Source: Octopus sinensis (Eukaryota). From it: a DNA stretch of 64,000 nt. The DNA is taken from contig NC_043009.1 of the NCBI RefSeq assembly GCF_006345805.1, positions 62,868,001 through 62,932,000 of the forward strand, read 5' to 3'. The notes beneath the pieces are model-generated. The model worked only from the letters and a program-made list of their open reading frames with translations. It was not told the DNA's origin and did not search any database. The translations under genes were made by a program, and so were the position numbers. Shown here piece by piece: positions 47,541 to 61,192 of the stretch. How positions within the stretch are numbered: position 1 is the stretch's first letter; the number at the start of each line of letters is the position of its first letter.

Positions 47541-50500
47541 AAAGAAAACGGTGTTGTACGAGTGTACACAGTACGTGTACTACAGTAGTACTATGTGTAG
47601 CTTAAATACTGAGATTGAAAGGCAGGGGAGAATTATGCCTACTTAATCTACAAACATAAATTAAAATATTTTGCATTTTATGCAATCAGATTAACCTTCA
47701 TAATTTTATTGAATTCATCATCATCATCGTCGTTTAGCGTCCGTTTTCCATGCTAGCATGGGTTGGAATTAGGTGCATATTTTGCCATAACAAGAAAGTA
47801 TTGCTATCGATCTATTTTATTCAAGGTAGGCACTACCTACCTTGCCTACCTAGGTGGCACGTCCCTGAAACAATCCCAACTGCAAACTAAATAGTACAAT
47901 GGATTAAATGATCGCTCTGCTGCTAGAGGAAGACTGAAATCATATTGTAAAAAATCATATTAGTAAAATCATATTGTTTTACTAACACCATAAATGATCT
48001 AAAACCTAATTTGTTGCCCAACTCATAATCAGAACAATCCTTAACATAATGGAACCATATTACAAAGACATAAATTTATGCCTCAAAAGAAAAGAAATTT
48101 TTTTAAAAAGCATTGAATTTCTTTGGATTTCACTAGTTCTTAATTACCTTAACCCTTTAGTGTTTAAACCGGCCATATCCGGCTCAAATATTCTACGTTT
48201 TATATTCAAACTGGTGATATCTAGCTTCTCACACCTACCCTACATTGACACTCTAAAAATAAATAGTGACATTATTGAAACCTCAAAGCTATAAGATAAT
48301 GCTTGATTAATTCAAGTTGATGATGATGAATTTGAATGAAGAAGTATTACATTTAACAGAATAATTTAAACACTAAAGGGTTAAACACTTGTCATAGCAG
48401 ACATTTAAGTGATTACATATACAATGAAAACAAAACTGACAAAATATTTAGGCTGTACAGTTATGAAGGTGTTTGCCCAGCAATTACATGGTTCCGGGTT
48501 CAATTGCACTGAATGGCACCATGAGCACTTGTCTTCAACAATACTTCTTATATTTGCTTTTCTGAATTGTATTGTTTCTTTGTGTCCAGTTACTCAGTGA
48601 ATTCAACAAACAGTGAATGATAAAATAAGTCCAGACAGAAGTACTGGGCCAATTTGATCAACTAAAATCCTTGAATGCAGAACCTCAGCATGGCAAGTAC
48701 AATAACTAAATACAATACAATATACATTAATACAATCAACCATGCATATATTCACAAATATATATACTTAGTGTAGAACCTATTAAAAAACAATGAAGTA
48801 AGCTTGAGTATAGAATACATTATACAAATAAATTTTACAATCTTTTTTAAAGCTGGCACTGAACTTGAAAATAAAAACCACCATGACAATGAATGGTAAA
48901 AGAACCAATATGAAGAGTGGCCATAGCATAGATAAAGCCCAGGTAGGAAAGACTGGTTTAATAACCATCAGATACAATGAATGAATGAATGGAATTTTAC
49001 TTCAATGGTTACTTATAACTTGTATCATCTGGAGATAAGCACAGTTGTAGTATTTAGATTCTTCAGGGACTGGAATGTAATGGAGGGATGTAGCAGAGAA
49101 ATATTAATGGGGGAAGGTTGTTGATGGGTAGATCTTTGGTAAAGTAGAAGCAGCAGAAGACTAGAAGAGAGTGAAGAGAAGAATCCACTCAACTAAAAAG
49201 GTTAGAATACTTTTACACACATGTATATAGTTACAAAGATTTTAGGGAGAATTCATACATACATACATACATACTGACATGGCTATCCACACAATAACAT
49301 AGATATAGATAGATAGCCATATAAACACATATATAATGCGTGCATGCACACACACGTCCACTTACAGATATATGGTTAGAGAGACATACTCGCAAAAGTG
49401 TGTATTTATAGATGGTTAGATAGACGTGCGTGCATGTACATGAAAGAGAGGGGCTCTTTTCACAACCATATGGTTTTGAGTTTGTCTTTGTGGCATCATC
49501 TAATATAGCTTTGAGTTGACCAACATCATCACTTTTACATCTGCTTCTCCATGTTGGCATGTGTTGGACAAAGACACATTTGTCCAAAATATTTGTCGTA
49601 CTTCATGGCCAAATTTCATGTCTGCATTCTTTGCTGACATAAGATTCAACAGAATGCAACAGGCTGGAAAACCACATCTTGCCCTTGTCTTAGTTTTGGT
49701 TTGGCATCTACAGTTGGCTGTCCTTTCTAATGGCAACCACTTTACAGAGTGTACTTGGGTACTTCATTTTTGACACTGGTACTAGTGACGCCATTCTGTA
49801 ACTGGCAAGACTAAAGAGCCTTCTCAAAGGAGGGTATAGTAAAAAGGCTAAGTGGCTTTATGCAAGATATTGAGAGTAAAAAGTATGACAGAAGCAACAG
49901 GAACAGAGTTATTTAGCTGTAGAAGAGATACAAGGTTAATACCATATCAGTAAAGATCTCTTTGCAACAGAAACCACACTGGCTTTCTAACGGAAGATTG
50001 TTGGTGATAAGATGGCAAGTGAGGATTCAGAAGTATTCTTGCCAACATTCTGTCAGCAACCAACAAGAAAAAATACCAGTAAGATTGTCATGTACAGATG
50101 TTGTACAGATAAGTGTAACATATTTGGATTCTTGGGTTATGGCACCTGTTGACCACATGAAGGAAAATAGCTACTTTTCAACAAGTACTTTACCACCACA
50201 GATGTATAGTTCAGCAGGAAATGAATTTGCACTTCTTACAGGCTCACAATGCATTTACAACAAGGAGCAACTGCAACACACTACAACACACACTATAAAA
50301 CAAAACTAGATGGAAAAATATTAACAGATAATACATCCATATACAGAATTCACCACAAAAAAAAAAAAAAAGAGAAAAAAATCATAATACTTATGGAAGC
50401 AATACAAATATCACAATACAAAGCAAAAATCTTTTCTACTCCAAGCACAAGGCCTGAAATTTTGGGGGAGGAGGCCAGTTGATTAGATTGACCCCAGTAC

Positions 50501-50770
50501 GCAACTTAATTTATCGACCCTGAAAGGATAAAAGGCAGTCAACCTCAGTGGAATTTGAACTCAGAACATAAAGACAGACAAAATACTGCTAAGCATTCCA
50601 CCCGGCGTGCTAACATTTCTGCCAGCTTGCCGCCTTATACAAAGCTATAATACACACACATGTCACAAATAGGAAGCTAAGCAGATGATTGATGATATGT
50701 AATTCTAATGGCCAAAATATGTGCCTGATGATGTGGAATTAACAGTTAAATTCTGGCAGTAAAGTTCACA

Positions 50771-50772
<2 letters not shown>

Positions 50773-50856
<84 letters not shown>
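50773..50856. repeat. (TA)n microsatellite
   Basis: About 84 bp of TA directly 5' of a SINE B head; a similar tract at about 62238-62300. Confidence 0.95.
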
Positions 50857-51252
50857 GGCACAAGAGTGGCTGTGTGGTAAGTAGCTTGCTAACCAACCAC
50901 ATGGTTCCGGGTTAAGTCCCATTGCGTGGCATCTTGGGCAAGTGTCTTCTGCTATAGCCCCGGGCCGACCAATGCCTTGTGAGTGGATTTGGTAGACGGA
51001 AACTGAAAGAAGCCTGTCGTATATATGTATATATATATATATGTGTGTGTGTCTGTGTTTGTCCCCCTAGCATTGCTTGACAACCGATGCTGGTGTGTTT
51101 ACGTTCCCATCGCTTAGCGGTTTGGCAAAAAGAGACCGATAGAATAAGTACTGGGCTTACAAAGAATAAGTCCCGGGGTCGATTTCCTCGACTAAAGGTG
51201 GTGCTCCAGCATGGCCGCAGTCAAATGACTGAAACAAGTAAAAGAGTAAAGA
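50857..51252 (+). mobile_element. SINE family B, full-length
   Basis: Complete head-to-tail copy. Confidence 0.85.
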
Positions 51253-51279
51253 GTATATATACACACACACACATACAGG

Positions 51280-51559
51280 TTTGGCCAAATCTAAGGTTCT
51301 CTGGTAGTTCAACAGTTATAGTGGGACTTTGTCCCACTGGGTTTGCAGGACATCCTTGTTGAGCTCTATGGATCATTCAGGACAAGGCTTGTCTTCTAGG
51401 CTGTACTTTCCGGCTCAGAATTTCTGGGACCAACACTGACACCAGCTTATGCTTATTGTCTGATCCCCATACACTGCATTAATATTCCTTGCACTTTCTG
51501 TTGTGTTGTTGCCCTTATTGGGACTCATAATGCCAAATATGCTCCTTTGTCACTTCCAT
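51280..51559 (-). mobile_element. Mariner transposase N-terminal remnant (frameshifts and stops)
   Basis: MEVTKEHIWH/..NKGNNTTESARNINAVYGDQTIS../QKF*AGKYSLEDKPCPE*SIELNKDVLQT matches the mariner double-HTH pattern (KGxNA.E.A..I..VYG, SLED.PR.GR). Confidence 0.85.
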
Positions 51560-52124
51560 CATAGCTTTGAAAAAAAAAACAGCTGTTAAAATCGAACTGC
51601 ACTCTTCAAAACTTGCACTAAGAATAAGTACAAGGTAAAATTACTACCTGCTTTTTATTGCAAGTTGATGCAAGTAGTTTATCCCACCCATCCCCAACTT
51701 TTAGTTTGTGCAATTGAAAAAAACCCACATTATTTATGGGATGACCCAATAAAAGGCACCTGTCCAAAGTGTTGTGCAGTAGGACTGAACCTGAAACCAT
51801 ACAGCTGAGACACACGTGAGCAGACACACGTGAGGGTGAATGATAAAGAGCAACATATGTGTGAACGAGAAACATGAAATACTAATTGTATTCATAACTA
51901 TTAAATGAGATCCAATATTGATTAATGTTTGTGCAAATGACATAAATTAACTTTCTTTTTTCACTTGTTAAGTGCATGCATTCATTAGGCTCCTGTGTGT
52001 GTGTTCATATGTTGTGTATCGTTATTTTGAATAGGTTTTTTTTCCACTCCTGTTCAAGTGTTTTATGTGTCTGCATGTTGTTTGCGTTTCCTTTGTCCTT
52101 CAGAGTTAGCGACACCTCTTTATA

Positions 52125-52497
52125 TGGATGGAAGCACTCCGTCGGTTACGACGACGAGGGTTCCGGTTGATCCGAATCAACGGAACAGCCTGCTCGTGAA
52201 ATTAACATGTAAGTGGCTGAGCACTCCACAGACACGTGTACCCTTAACGTAGTTCTCGGGGATATTCAGCGTGACACAGAGTGTGACAAGGCCGGCCCCT
52301 TGAAATACAGGTACAACAGAAACAGGAAGTAAGAGTGAGAGAAAGTTGTGATGAAAGAGTACAGCAGGGATCACCACCATCCCCTGCCGGAGCCTCGTGG
52401 AGCTTTAGGTGTTTTCGCTCAATAAACACTCACAACGCGCGGTCTGGGAATCAAAACCGCGAGTCCGCTGCCCTAACCACAGGGCCATTGCGCCTCC
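52125..52497 (-). mobile_element. SINE family F, full-length
   Basis: 13-bp TSD acacctctttata (52112-52124 and 52498-52510). Confidence 0.9.
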
Positions 52498-53544
52498 ACA
52501 CCTCTTTATAGTATGTTAGTATAATAAAACTGAACATTTTTCATTATTTAATATTTAAGGCAGCAAGCTGGCAGAATCATTAGCACACTGGACGAAATGC
52601 TTAGCAGCATATCGCCCATCACTACATTCTGAGTTCAAATTCCGCCAAGGTTGACTTTGCATTTCATCCTTTCGGGGTCGATAAATTAAATACCAGTGAA
52701 ATACTGGGATCAATGTAACTGACTAGTCCCCTCCCGCAAAATCCAGGCCTTGTGCTTATAGTAGTTAAAATTATTTAACGCTTCTCTTTTAGGGTTTCTA
52801 AGGGTCAAATTTCCTCAAAATATTTTTTCAAGCACAATGGCTTATATCCAAGGGTACCCAGTTTGGAACATTTTAACACCACAATGTAGTGCTCAGTGAA
52901 AAATCAAAAGCACTTACAATTTCAGTAGTATATAACATTCCCATACTCAAAAGTACAAAAGGAGACTAGCCACTCAGTAAAGATGAAATCATCAAAATAT
53001 AGGCAAATGAAAAAAATATATATATATATACCCCAAAATAGGAACTTGACAGTCTAGATTTTTCTATAAACTGAAAGACAGATACTGACCAATTTAGCAG
53101 TTTATCCAGCCCAAACATTCTGTTTTATGTTAAGACTGACCAGATCAAACTTATCACACTTACCCTACAATGTCACTCTAAAAATATACAAACACATCAT
53201 TGAAATCTTGAAGCTATAAGATTAATGTGTGATTAATTCTGAATAATTTGAAGAAATAAACAATACATTTGACAAAGAAATCTGAATGCTAAAAGGTTAA
53301 TGAAACAACTTGTACACCACTCTCTCTAGCCATTTAAATATATATTTTTTTTAATTAATGGATTTAATCAGCAGGTAAGGAGCTGGTAAAGTCAGGAGCC
53401 ACATCAGGTTTCATTGACTGTTTTCACATGGTTTCTACTGCTGGATGCCATTCCTAAAACCAACCAATCTGCCCACAAGATCTAGTTTATCCTCCAATCA
53501 GTCTGCACAGTCAAACAAGTTTGACACTCCTGAGCTAGCCACTT

Positions 53545-53830
53545 GTTTATTCCTTCTCGAGCCATGCCTGGCTCGTAAGGGCCGGTTTCCCAGTTTCTTG
53601 GCGTATAGGTTCTCCACCTGGACGGGACGCCGGTCCGTCACAGGTGAGCTGCAAGAGGAAAGAGCGAGAAAAAGCTGTGGTGAAAGAGTCAGCAGGAGTT
53701 AGCCATTACCTTCTGCCGGAGCCGCGTGGAGCTTAGGCGTTGCGCCATAAACACACACATTGCCCAGTCTGAGATTCGAACCCATGATCTCTTGACCGCG
53801 AGTCTGCTGCTCTAACCACTAGGCCATGTG
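53545..53830 (-). mobile_element. SINE with family-F-like head and a different 3' module
   Basis: Head and body resemble F, but the 3' part is cctgtgacggaccggcgtcccgtccagg... instead of the F tail. Confidence 0.6.
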
Positions 53831-53879
53831 CATAGTCACTTGCATAGCCAATGAGTTGATACAGAATGAGACCATTCTC

Positions 53880-55075
53880 AATGACTTAATGTAACAGTCA
53901 CATCTTCAACTGCTACAAGCATCAAACTGACAGAATGAAGATGCAGTTTAAATGATGCCACAAGAGGTTTCTACTGATGCCCTCTTCATAGAGAGACAAC
54001 TACAAAAGTTAACAAAGAGCAAACCACTGTGCCTTGCCTTCATTGCCTGGAGAAAGCCGTCCACAAAGTAGCACCTTCTGTAACAATATGGTTGCTAAGC
54101 AAACTAAGTGTAGATCAAGGGGTTGTGAGAGGTGTGCAAGCCACGTGCCTAGATATTGTCAGTAAGGTAAGAGTTAATGAAGTTCAAGACACCTTCCAAA
54201 TTATTATAGTTCACCAGGTCATAACAGGATTTTAAAATAGCTGCTAATGGGAATTTCTACACATTAATGACTTAGTTCTCATTGCTGAATCTGACGGGGG
54301 GGGGGGGGGGGAGACAAACCTAGAAGCAAAACCTAACATCAACAAGCCTAACAGTAAATCTAGCAATGACTAAAATTTTGGATAACAGGAAAGACAAGAG
54401 TACCACACCATGGAAAGTGGCCATAGTTTATCTGATGTAAATATGGTTTCAAAAGAGATGCAGTGGGATCATATGGAGGGCGACACAGAAGAAAGATTTT
54501 GAAGCAGCAAAAGTAGTTCGTAGTAAGAGTACCCATGAAATAAATTCTTTCAAATGCTCAGAGGGAAGGAGTACCCTAGTTGTGGTGGAGGCTGTTCAAA
54601 AAGCTTAGCAGCCAGAGTAAGAACAAAGAAAGAAAAATTCAGGAAGCTGTTACCTTTGCTGACAACAAGGGGTAGATTGAATAGCATTTGTGTTTTAAGC
54701 GCATTGCTGTTATAGGGGGAAATGATCAGTGAACGTGGAGGGAATGCAAAGGCTGGAAAGGAATGAGGCAAGATACTCCACTGGATACATAATGTTATAA
54801 AATGAGTGAATGATGGAGCACAAACAAGCTGAGGGGAAAATTCCGAATAAGAGGAATCAGATATAGTGGGCAAGAGAAAAGATTTAGTGTGGACATGTGA
54901 AAGAGAGTTGGATGAAGAAGTGCCAAGAGTTCCAAATAGAAAGAAACTGCAGGAAGAAAACAAGAAAGACATGGGAAGTAGTGAAAGTTGGACCTCACAC
55001 ATGGCAAGATGCTCGTCTGGAGGAGAGAACCAACCCATGCAAGCTTGAAAAAAGATATATGATGATGATGATGAA
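53880..55075 (+). mobile_element. RTE-clade LINE 3' remnant (degenerate reverse transcriptase plus tail)
   Basis: Decayed motifs MQF...TDALFI.RQLQK, KPL.LAF..LEKA, SKVRV..., VHQ, KFRKLLPLLTT.G, MQRLERNE, WMKKCQ.F.IE...RKTW; tail aacccatgcaagc...(gat)n. Confidence 0.8.
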
Positions 55076-55240
55076 ACTTCTATATTTGGTACATGGCTAA
55101 TACACTTTTGAAACATGGGCATAAATAATTTAAATCAACCCCAAAATAATGAAATTCCAAGTCAGTTTCAGTAAGATTCAAATTTAGAATTGAATTCCTT
55201 ACCACACATACTGATGAGCCTTATCAAACAATATTGAGCT

Positions 55241-55474
55241 CCTATCCCTTTCATTACTGTATTTATTTTGAGATTTTCAGAGGGGTTTTTTTTTTTTTCA
55301 ATTACTTCAAATATAACAAAGAATTTAGTAAAATAACTTAGTTATTATCCAGCTAGTGTTAGGAACATAAATTGTAAGGTTTGGTGGAAGATTTTAATTC
55401 AAAACTTATGAAAACAAGACATTTGTACTCAGAGCCGGAGCCGGTTTCAGCCGGGTTGGTCATGAAAGGGTTAA
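55241..55474. mobile_element. MITE family E
   Basis: Body and CATGAAAGGG-TTAA end. Confidence 0.8.
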
Positions 55475-56722
55475 GGTAAGTAACCAGTAGTTAACACATT
55501 TATTTACAAGCATCATCTCAACAGACCCTTGCACATTTATATATAGAAGCTCCTAGTGTGTAGACCTAATTTCCACAGAGGTTTTAAAGAAAATGACAAA
55601 GAAGACTATCAGGAGAACATTGGCAGATATCTACAGAGACTTTAAAAGACAATCTTAAATGAACAATTATGATAAACAATTAACTATCATACTTTGCTTT
55701 ATCATAGCTCACAAAATCACTGATCTTTTGAAACACATTTTCTATATCTTTAACAAACTGCACTACAGAAAACAAAAAATAGTATTAAAATTTATTTCAA
55801 TAACAACTAACATGCTCTCATGCTTATTAAAATTCAATCTTTCAAGGTAAAAAAAAAAAGTAATACTATAAATGAGCTTGAAATCTCTTTATGAGTATTT
55901 CAATGAAAATAAACTAAGATAAAAATAGAGAAACAAAGATTTTATCACTTCATGTCTATAAAGGAAATGGTTAATACTGGTTGACTATCAAACCGGATGC
56001 ACTTGGTTAATTCAAAATGCAACAGATTGCTAGAACCAGATCAGTAAATAACCAGAATTCTTCTAAACAGTAATTAATTAAAAACATAAGTAAAAAAAAT
56101 TTGCTGATAACAAAGCAAACTATTTTAACTAGCTTAACCCTATACCATTCTGATTACTCAGTCAAATGTAAAGCTTATTCTTCTTTATTCACATTGTTTG
56201 CAATTATCTCATGACACAGAGTTTGATAATGTAACTGTTTACTTGTAGAATGACACTATGGTTATGTGAGAGGACAGATCAAACGGTTTCTTTTCATTAT
56301 TCCCAACACGATTATATAAGAATAACTATGAGAACGAAATAAAAACAAGAAAAATCAATGAAAGCAACAAAGCTTAGAAGCAAATAAATAACTAGGACTA
56401 CTCTAACTGTTGATGATGTCTGATTCATGAAAGCCACATTTCAAGGAACCCCCAACTGCAGTCAACGTTCTTAAGGTAAAAACAGTGTCCCCTTTTTAGT
56501 TTTTTGGTCTGCTTTGGTGAGGTGTAGAAAAATATTTTGTGAAAATATGTCAACTGGCACCAAAACTCAGATGAATGTCACAATCAAACTAATTACCCTT
56601 AACGAACTGGTAACCGGCACTGTCAGTAACAACGATGAAGGTTCCAGTCAATTCGATCAACAGAACAGTTTGCTTGTAAAATTAACATGCAAGTGGCTGA
56701 GCACTCCACAGACACATGTACC

Positions 56723-57173
56723 TATTTCTTTACTACCCACAAGGGGCTAAACACAGAGGAGATAAACAAGGACAGACAGACTGATTAACCCTTTAGCATT
56801 TAAACCGGCCACATCCGGCCAAAAGTATTCTGCCTGTTTTATGTTCAAACTGGCCAGATCTGGTCTCTCAGACCAACCCTACAATATTGTTTTAAAAATT
56901 AACAGCTACCTCATTGAAATCTCATAGCTACAAGATAATGCATGATTAGTTCAAAACAATGTGGATGAAAAAGCATTAGTTTTGGCAGAATAATGAGAAC
57001 ACTAAAGGGTTAAGTTGATTACATCGACCCCAGTGCATAACTGGTACTTATTTAATCAACCCTGAAAGGATGAAGGGCAAAGTCGACCTCGGCGGAATTT
57101 GAACTCAGAACGTAGCGGCAGACGAAATACCGCGAAGCATTTCGCCCGGCGTGCTAACATCTCTGCCAGCTCA
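56723..57173 (-). mobile_element. SINE A carrying a nested MITE D, itself inserted in an F-family fragment
   Basis: 17-bp TSD ccacagacac(a/g)tgtacc at 56706-56722 and 57174-57190; MITE between TTAA 56785-56788 and TTAA 57010-57013. Confidence 0.9.
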
Positions 57174-60100
57174 CCACAGACACGTGTACCCTTAACATAA
57201 TTTTCAGATAGATTCAGCATGACATGGAATGTGACAGGGCAGGCTGGCCCTTTGAAACATAGTTACAACTCCAACTCATTTTTGTCAGCTGAGTGGACTG
57301 GAGCAACATGAAATAGTGTCTCGCTGAAGGGGACAATGCACCACCCAAAACTGAACTCACAACCATACGATTGTGAACCAAACAACCTAACCAATAAGCC
57401 ATGTGCCTTCACAATTTACCCTTAATATATTTCATTAAAGCTAGTCACAACAGAAAATTAATTATTAATGTATTCATATTTCTTTCAATACAAATTATTT
57501 AATTATACAAAGTGTCTAAATAAACAAGAAAAACATCATAAAATATCAAACAAGTCCTAGTGTTTGAGTGGTCAGCATTAAAAAGGTTAATCAGCTGTAA
57601 ACTACTCCAAATAATTGATCTTTTTTTTTTAGTTTACACAAGCTGTAAAGCAGACTAATATGAATAAAACACACGAGTATGTATGCAATGAATTTGCATT
57701 GTTTAACATTAACACTTAGGAATATGAGTAGCCGTGAGGTCAACATGCTGGACAACTGACCACACTGCCATAATTTCATATCTTGTTACACTATTACAAT
57801 GATTTGCTGCATGCCCCCCGACCACCACCACCAAACAAGGCGTATAAATCTGCTTGCTCTAGTTCACCCACTAAAAATAGTGCTGGATAACAAACAACCC
57901 CCACTGTAAAAATAGTTGCTTCAAAACACCCAGTAAAGAAAGCAAGCATGCATATAATGCATATATATATATATATGGTCTATCGATCAATTATTCGCGG
58001 GATCATAAAAGGTACTTCATCCAATGACAGATAAATACCATTTAATAAGCACAGAATTTAAATATGAACTACTAAAAGTTTCATGCTCTGATAAAACAAT
58101 TATAATGCTATCTTGCAAGGTTTCAAGGCTCAAAATAAAACAGTTATACAAATGGTTTCACATGTTGAATGTATATCTAAGAGAGGGAGAGTATATTGAT
58201 GGTGTGTGTAGAAATTTGAATTAACAATAGGAAAGCCTCCTCATGAGAAATTTAATATTAATACTGATTTAAAAATAAGATCAACAGAAAATGAAACTGG
58301 AGTGAGCAAAATAGAATGTAAAAAAAAAGGTTGTTTTAACAAATAAATTACGTGAAATATAAGATGTCTAACATATTTGAGTTTTATTAAATTGAATTTA
58401 CAATTTTTTCTACAAATTTTTAGCGTATTATTTATAGCATGTGGATACAAACTGTAGCAGCAAATATGAGGGTGGAAACCCCTCAAAAAAAAAAAGAAAA
58501 ATACACAGCACTTAATTTCCAACTAAACAGAAAAGATAGTAAATGAGAAAATATAAATATATTCAAGAAAAAAAAAATGCAAAGATCATTACAGCCACAA
58601 CATTTTAAATAACATTCTAGATGTGATAGAAACAATAAAACTAGCATTTCAACATTTGGCATGGATTAGATGGATTTGCAACAATGCATGTTTCATTTTT
58701 AGTTTAGTTTCTACACTGAATGTGCATTTTATCACAGCACCAGCACTAAAGAGGTTGCCATATCCTCAGCAAAACAAAATAAAAAGGTCCTCTCAATGCC
58801 ATGTATTCTCCACTCATCTGCCAACCACTTTGCAGTGTGCTGGGAACATATTATCTTGGCACCAGCACTAGAGAAATGTCAAGTCCTCGACAAGTTGGGG
58901 AAAAAAAGGGACCTCTTGACCCTACGATTTTCCCCATGCATTTATTAACCACTTTATACAGTATACTAGGTGCTATTTATCAGGGCATTAGCAGAAATAG
59001 TTGCCTTGTATAATTTAATGGTGAAAAGTACTTTTGAGACATGTTCACTTAGGTAAATAGGATAGAGAGCTAGTGATAGCAGAACAGCCAGAATAAACAG
59101 GTGAAGGGAATAGATTCATTCATTGTTCAACACCCATTTTCCAAACTGGCATGGGTTGGACGGCTTGACTGAGGTCTGGAGAGCCAGCGGCTGCACCAGG
59201 CTCCAATCTGGTCTGGCAGATTATAATGATAAAAATGGTGGAAAAGAAGAGACAGAGATTGGCTAATGGTAGAGGTTAGCAATGGTGAGAGTTAGAGGTT
59301 AAGGGCAGAGAGTACAAACAGGCCCAGTGTAGACTCTTATACAAGAGAACAATGGAGGGGGAGGGAGGTTGGTAGACTCCCTATCGTCTGAGGTGAAACA
59401 AATGGCAAGAGTGACAGGAGTGGAGAGATATGTGGTAGAGGGGCTGGGGTTGAAGAAATGAGCAATAGGGAGAATGGTAATGAGAAGACGAGAGACAATT
59501 AAAAGAAACCTAACACACAAATGAAAATATTCCAATGAAAATTACTCTTATTGATATTAGAGAAATCTTTGAGCAAGAGGAATGATCAAGATATTGACCA
59601 AGTTGGTAACTTAATGGAATAATATCAATTTCCAATTTTAACTATTGAAATAGAATTAAACAGAGAAAAAAAGAGAGGGAAAAAAACCTCCATTTAAAAT
59701 GAGAAGTAAATGTTATCCATCTGCCATACTTCTTATTAAAATGATAGTTTAACATAGACAACATGCATTATGTAACAATGATAGATCAATCACATCGAAC
59801 GGCTCATCAATTCAGCTGTCAGTATTCATGGTTTGGGAAATTGGATTTCATCAAAACCTTGTCTACCAATTGTTTACCTAACTCCAATACACACCACACA
59901 CACACACATCATTGTGTGTTATATTATAATCTTATGATACCAGGCAACTCCCAAAATACATCATGAGAGTAAAATCCAGTTCCAGAACATTAAAAGTCAC
60001 TCTTAGCAAATCTACAACTGGAGATTAATGAAATTAGCCAAATGTTTCAAGAGCCTCGAAAAAGCTTTACCCTGATTCAATAATGTTTTACAACAAACAA

Positions 60101-60569
60101 TTCAAAACAAATGTCTTTTGTATAAAAAGATAAACGCTTATTTAAGCTGATGTAGCACAACAAAAATAGATTAATTCATGACTATAGAGCAACATAAGTC
60201 TGAATACACCAAACAGTTTATTTATAGATCTAACACATATCACTAATCCTTTTAATAAATTTCAATTAATCAAAACGCTTTGCCTGGCTATTACTTTCAC
60301 CACATTAACTTGATAAACATTATGGCAGGCAAACTGGACGGAACAGTATGGGACTGCTAGCTATCTTACAATAAGTCCAGGGATTTGAACTCAGATGTGA
60401 AGGACCATAACTAAATACTCCAAGGCATGTTGTTTGCCACTCTCCTCATACTGCCATCAACTTGCCCGTGTTTAACTCTTTAGTATTCACGTTATTGTCA
60501 AAAGTAATGTTTATTTATTCACATTGCTTTCGATTAATTATGCCTTATCTTGTAGCTATGAGATTTCAT

Positions 60570-61192
60570 GTGTGAGAAGACTCGGCAAGCCAAATGAGAC
60601 CATAATCTCGTGGTCTATGCCAGGGGCGTTATCAACCCACTTATGCGTACCTTTCCTTCACTGGACACTAAAACTCTGCTTGTGAAGACCTGTTGAGGCA
60701 AGTGAAATCAAAAATCAAAATCAAATTCGATGACTGGCATCCATGCTAGCGGGGTGCAAAGAGCACCATACGAGTGTGATCATTGACAGAGCGGCTAACC
60801 GGCTTATATGCCAACAGCACTTAAAAGGCACCATTCGAGCGTGATCGTTACCAGTGTCGCAGTGGCTATCTGGCCTCCGTGCTGTTGGCACGTAAAAAAC
60901 ACCATTCGAGCAGGATTGTTACCAGCATTGCCTTACTGACACCCGCGCCGGTGGCATGTGTAAAAGATTTGAGCGAGGTTGTTGCCAGTGCTGCCTGACT
61001 GGCCCTGTGCCGGTGGCACGTAAAAAGCACCCACTACACTCTCAGAGTGGTTGGCGTTAGGAAGGGCATCCAGCTGTAGAAACTCTGCCAGATCAAGATT
61101 GAAACCTGGTGCAGCCATCTGGTTCGCCAGCTCTCAGTCATACGTCCAACCCATTCTAGCATGGAAAGCGGACGTTAAACAACGATGATGAT
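60570..61192 (+). mobile_element. Longest family C copy in the window
   Basis: 5' extension, subrepeats, core and (gat)n tail; a truncated minus copy at about 59125-59222. Confidence 0.85.

Noticed and set aside
59225-59510. Purine-rich tract suggestive of a CR1/L2 remnant (similar tracts near 31300-31600 and 49030-49200)
   Set aside because: No convincing protein motif on translation; left unannotated.
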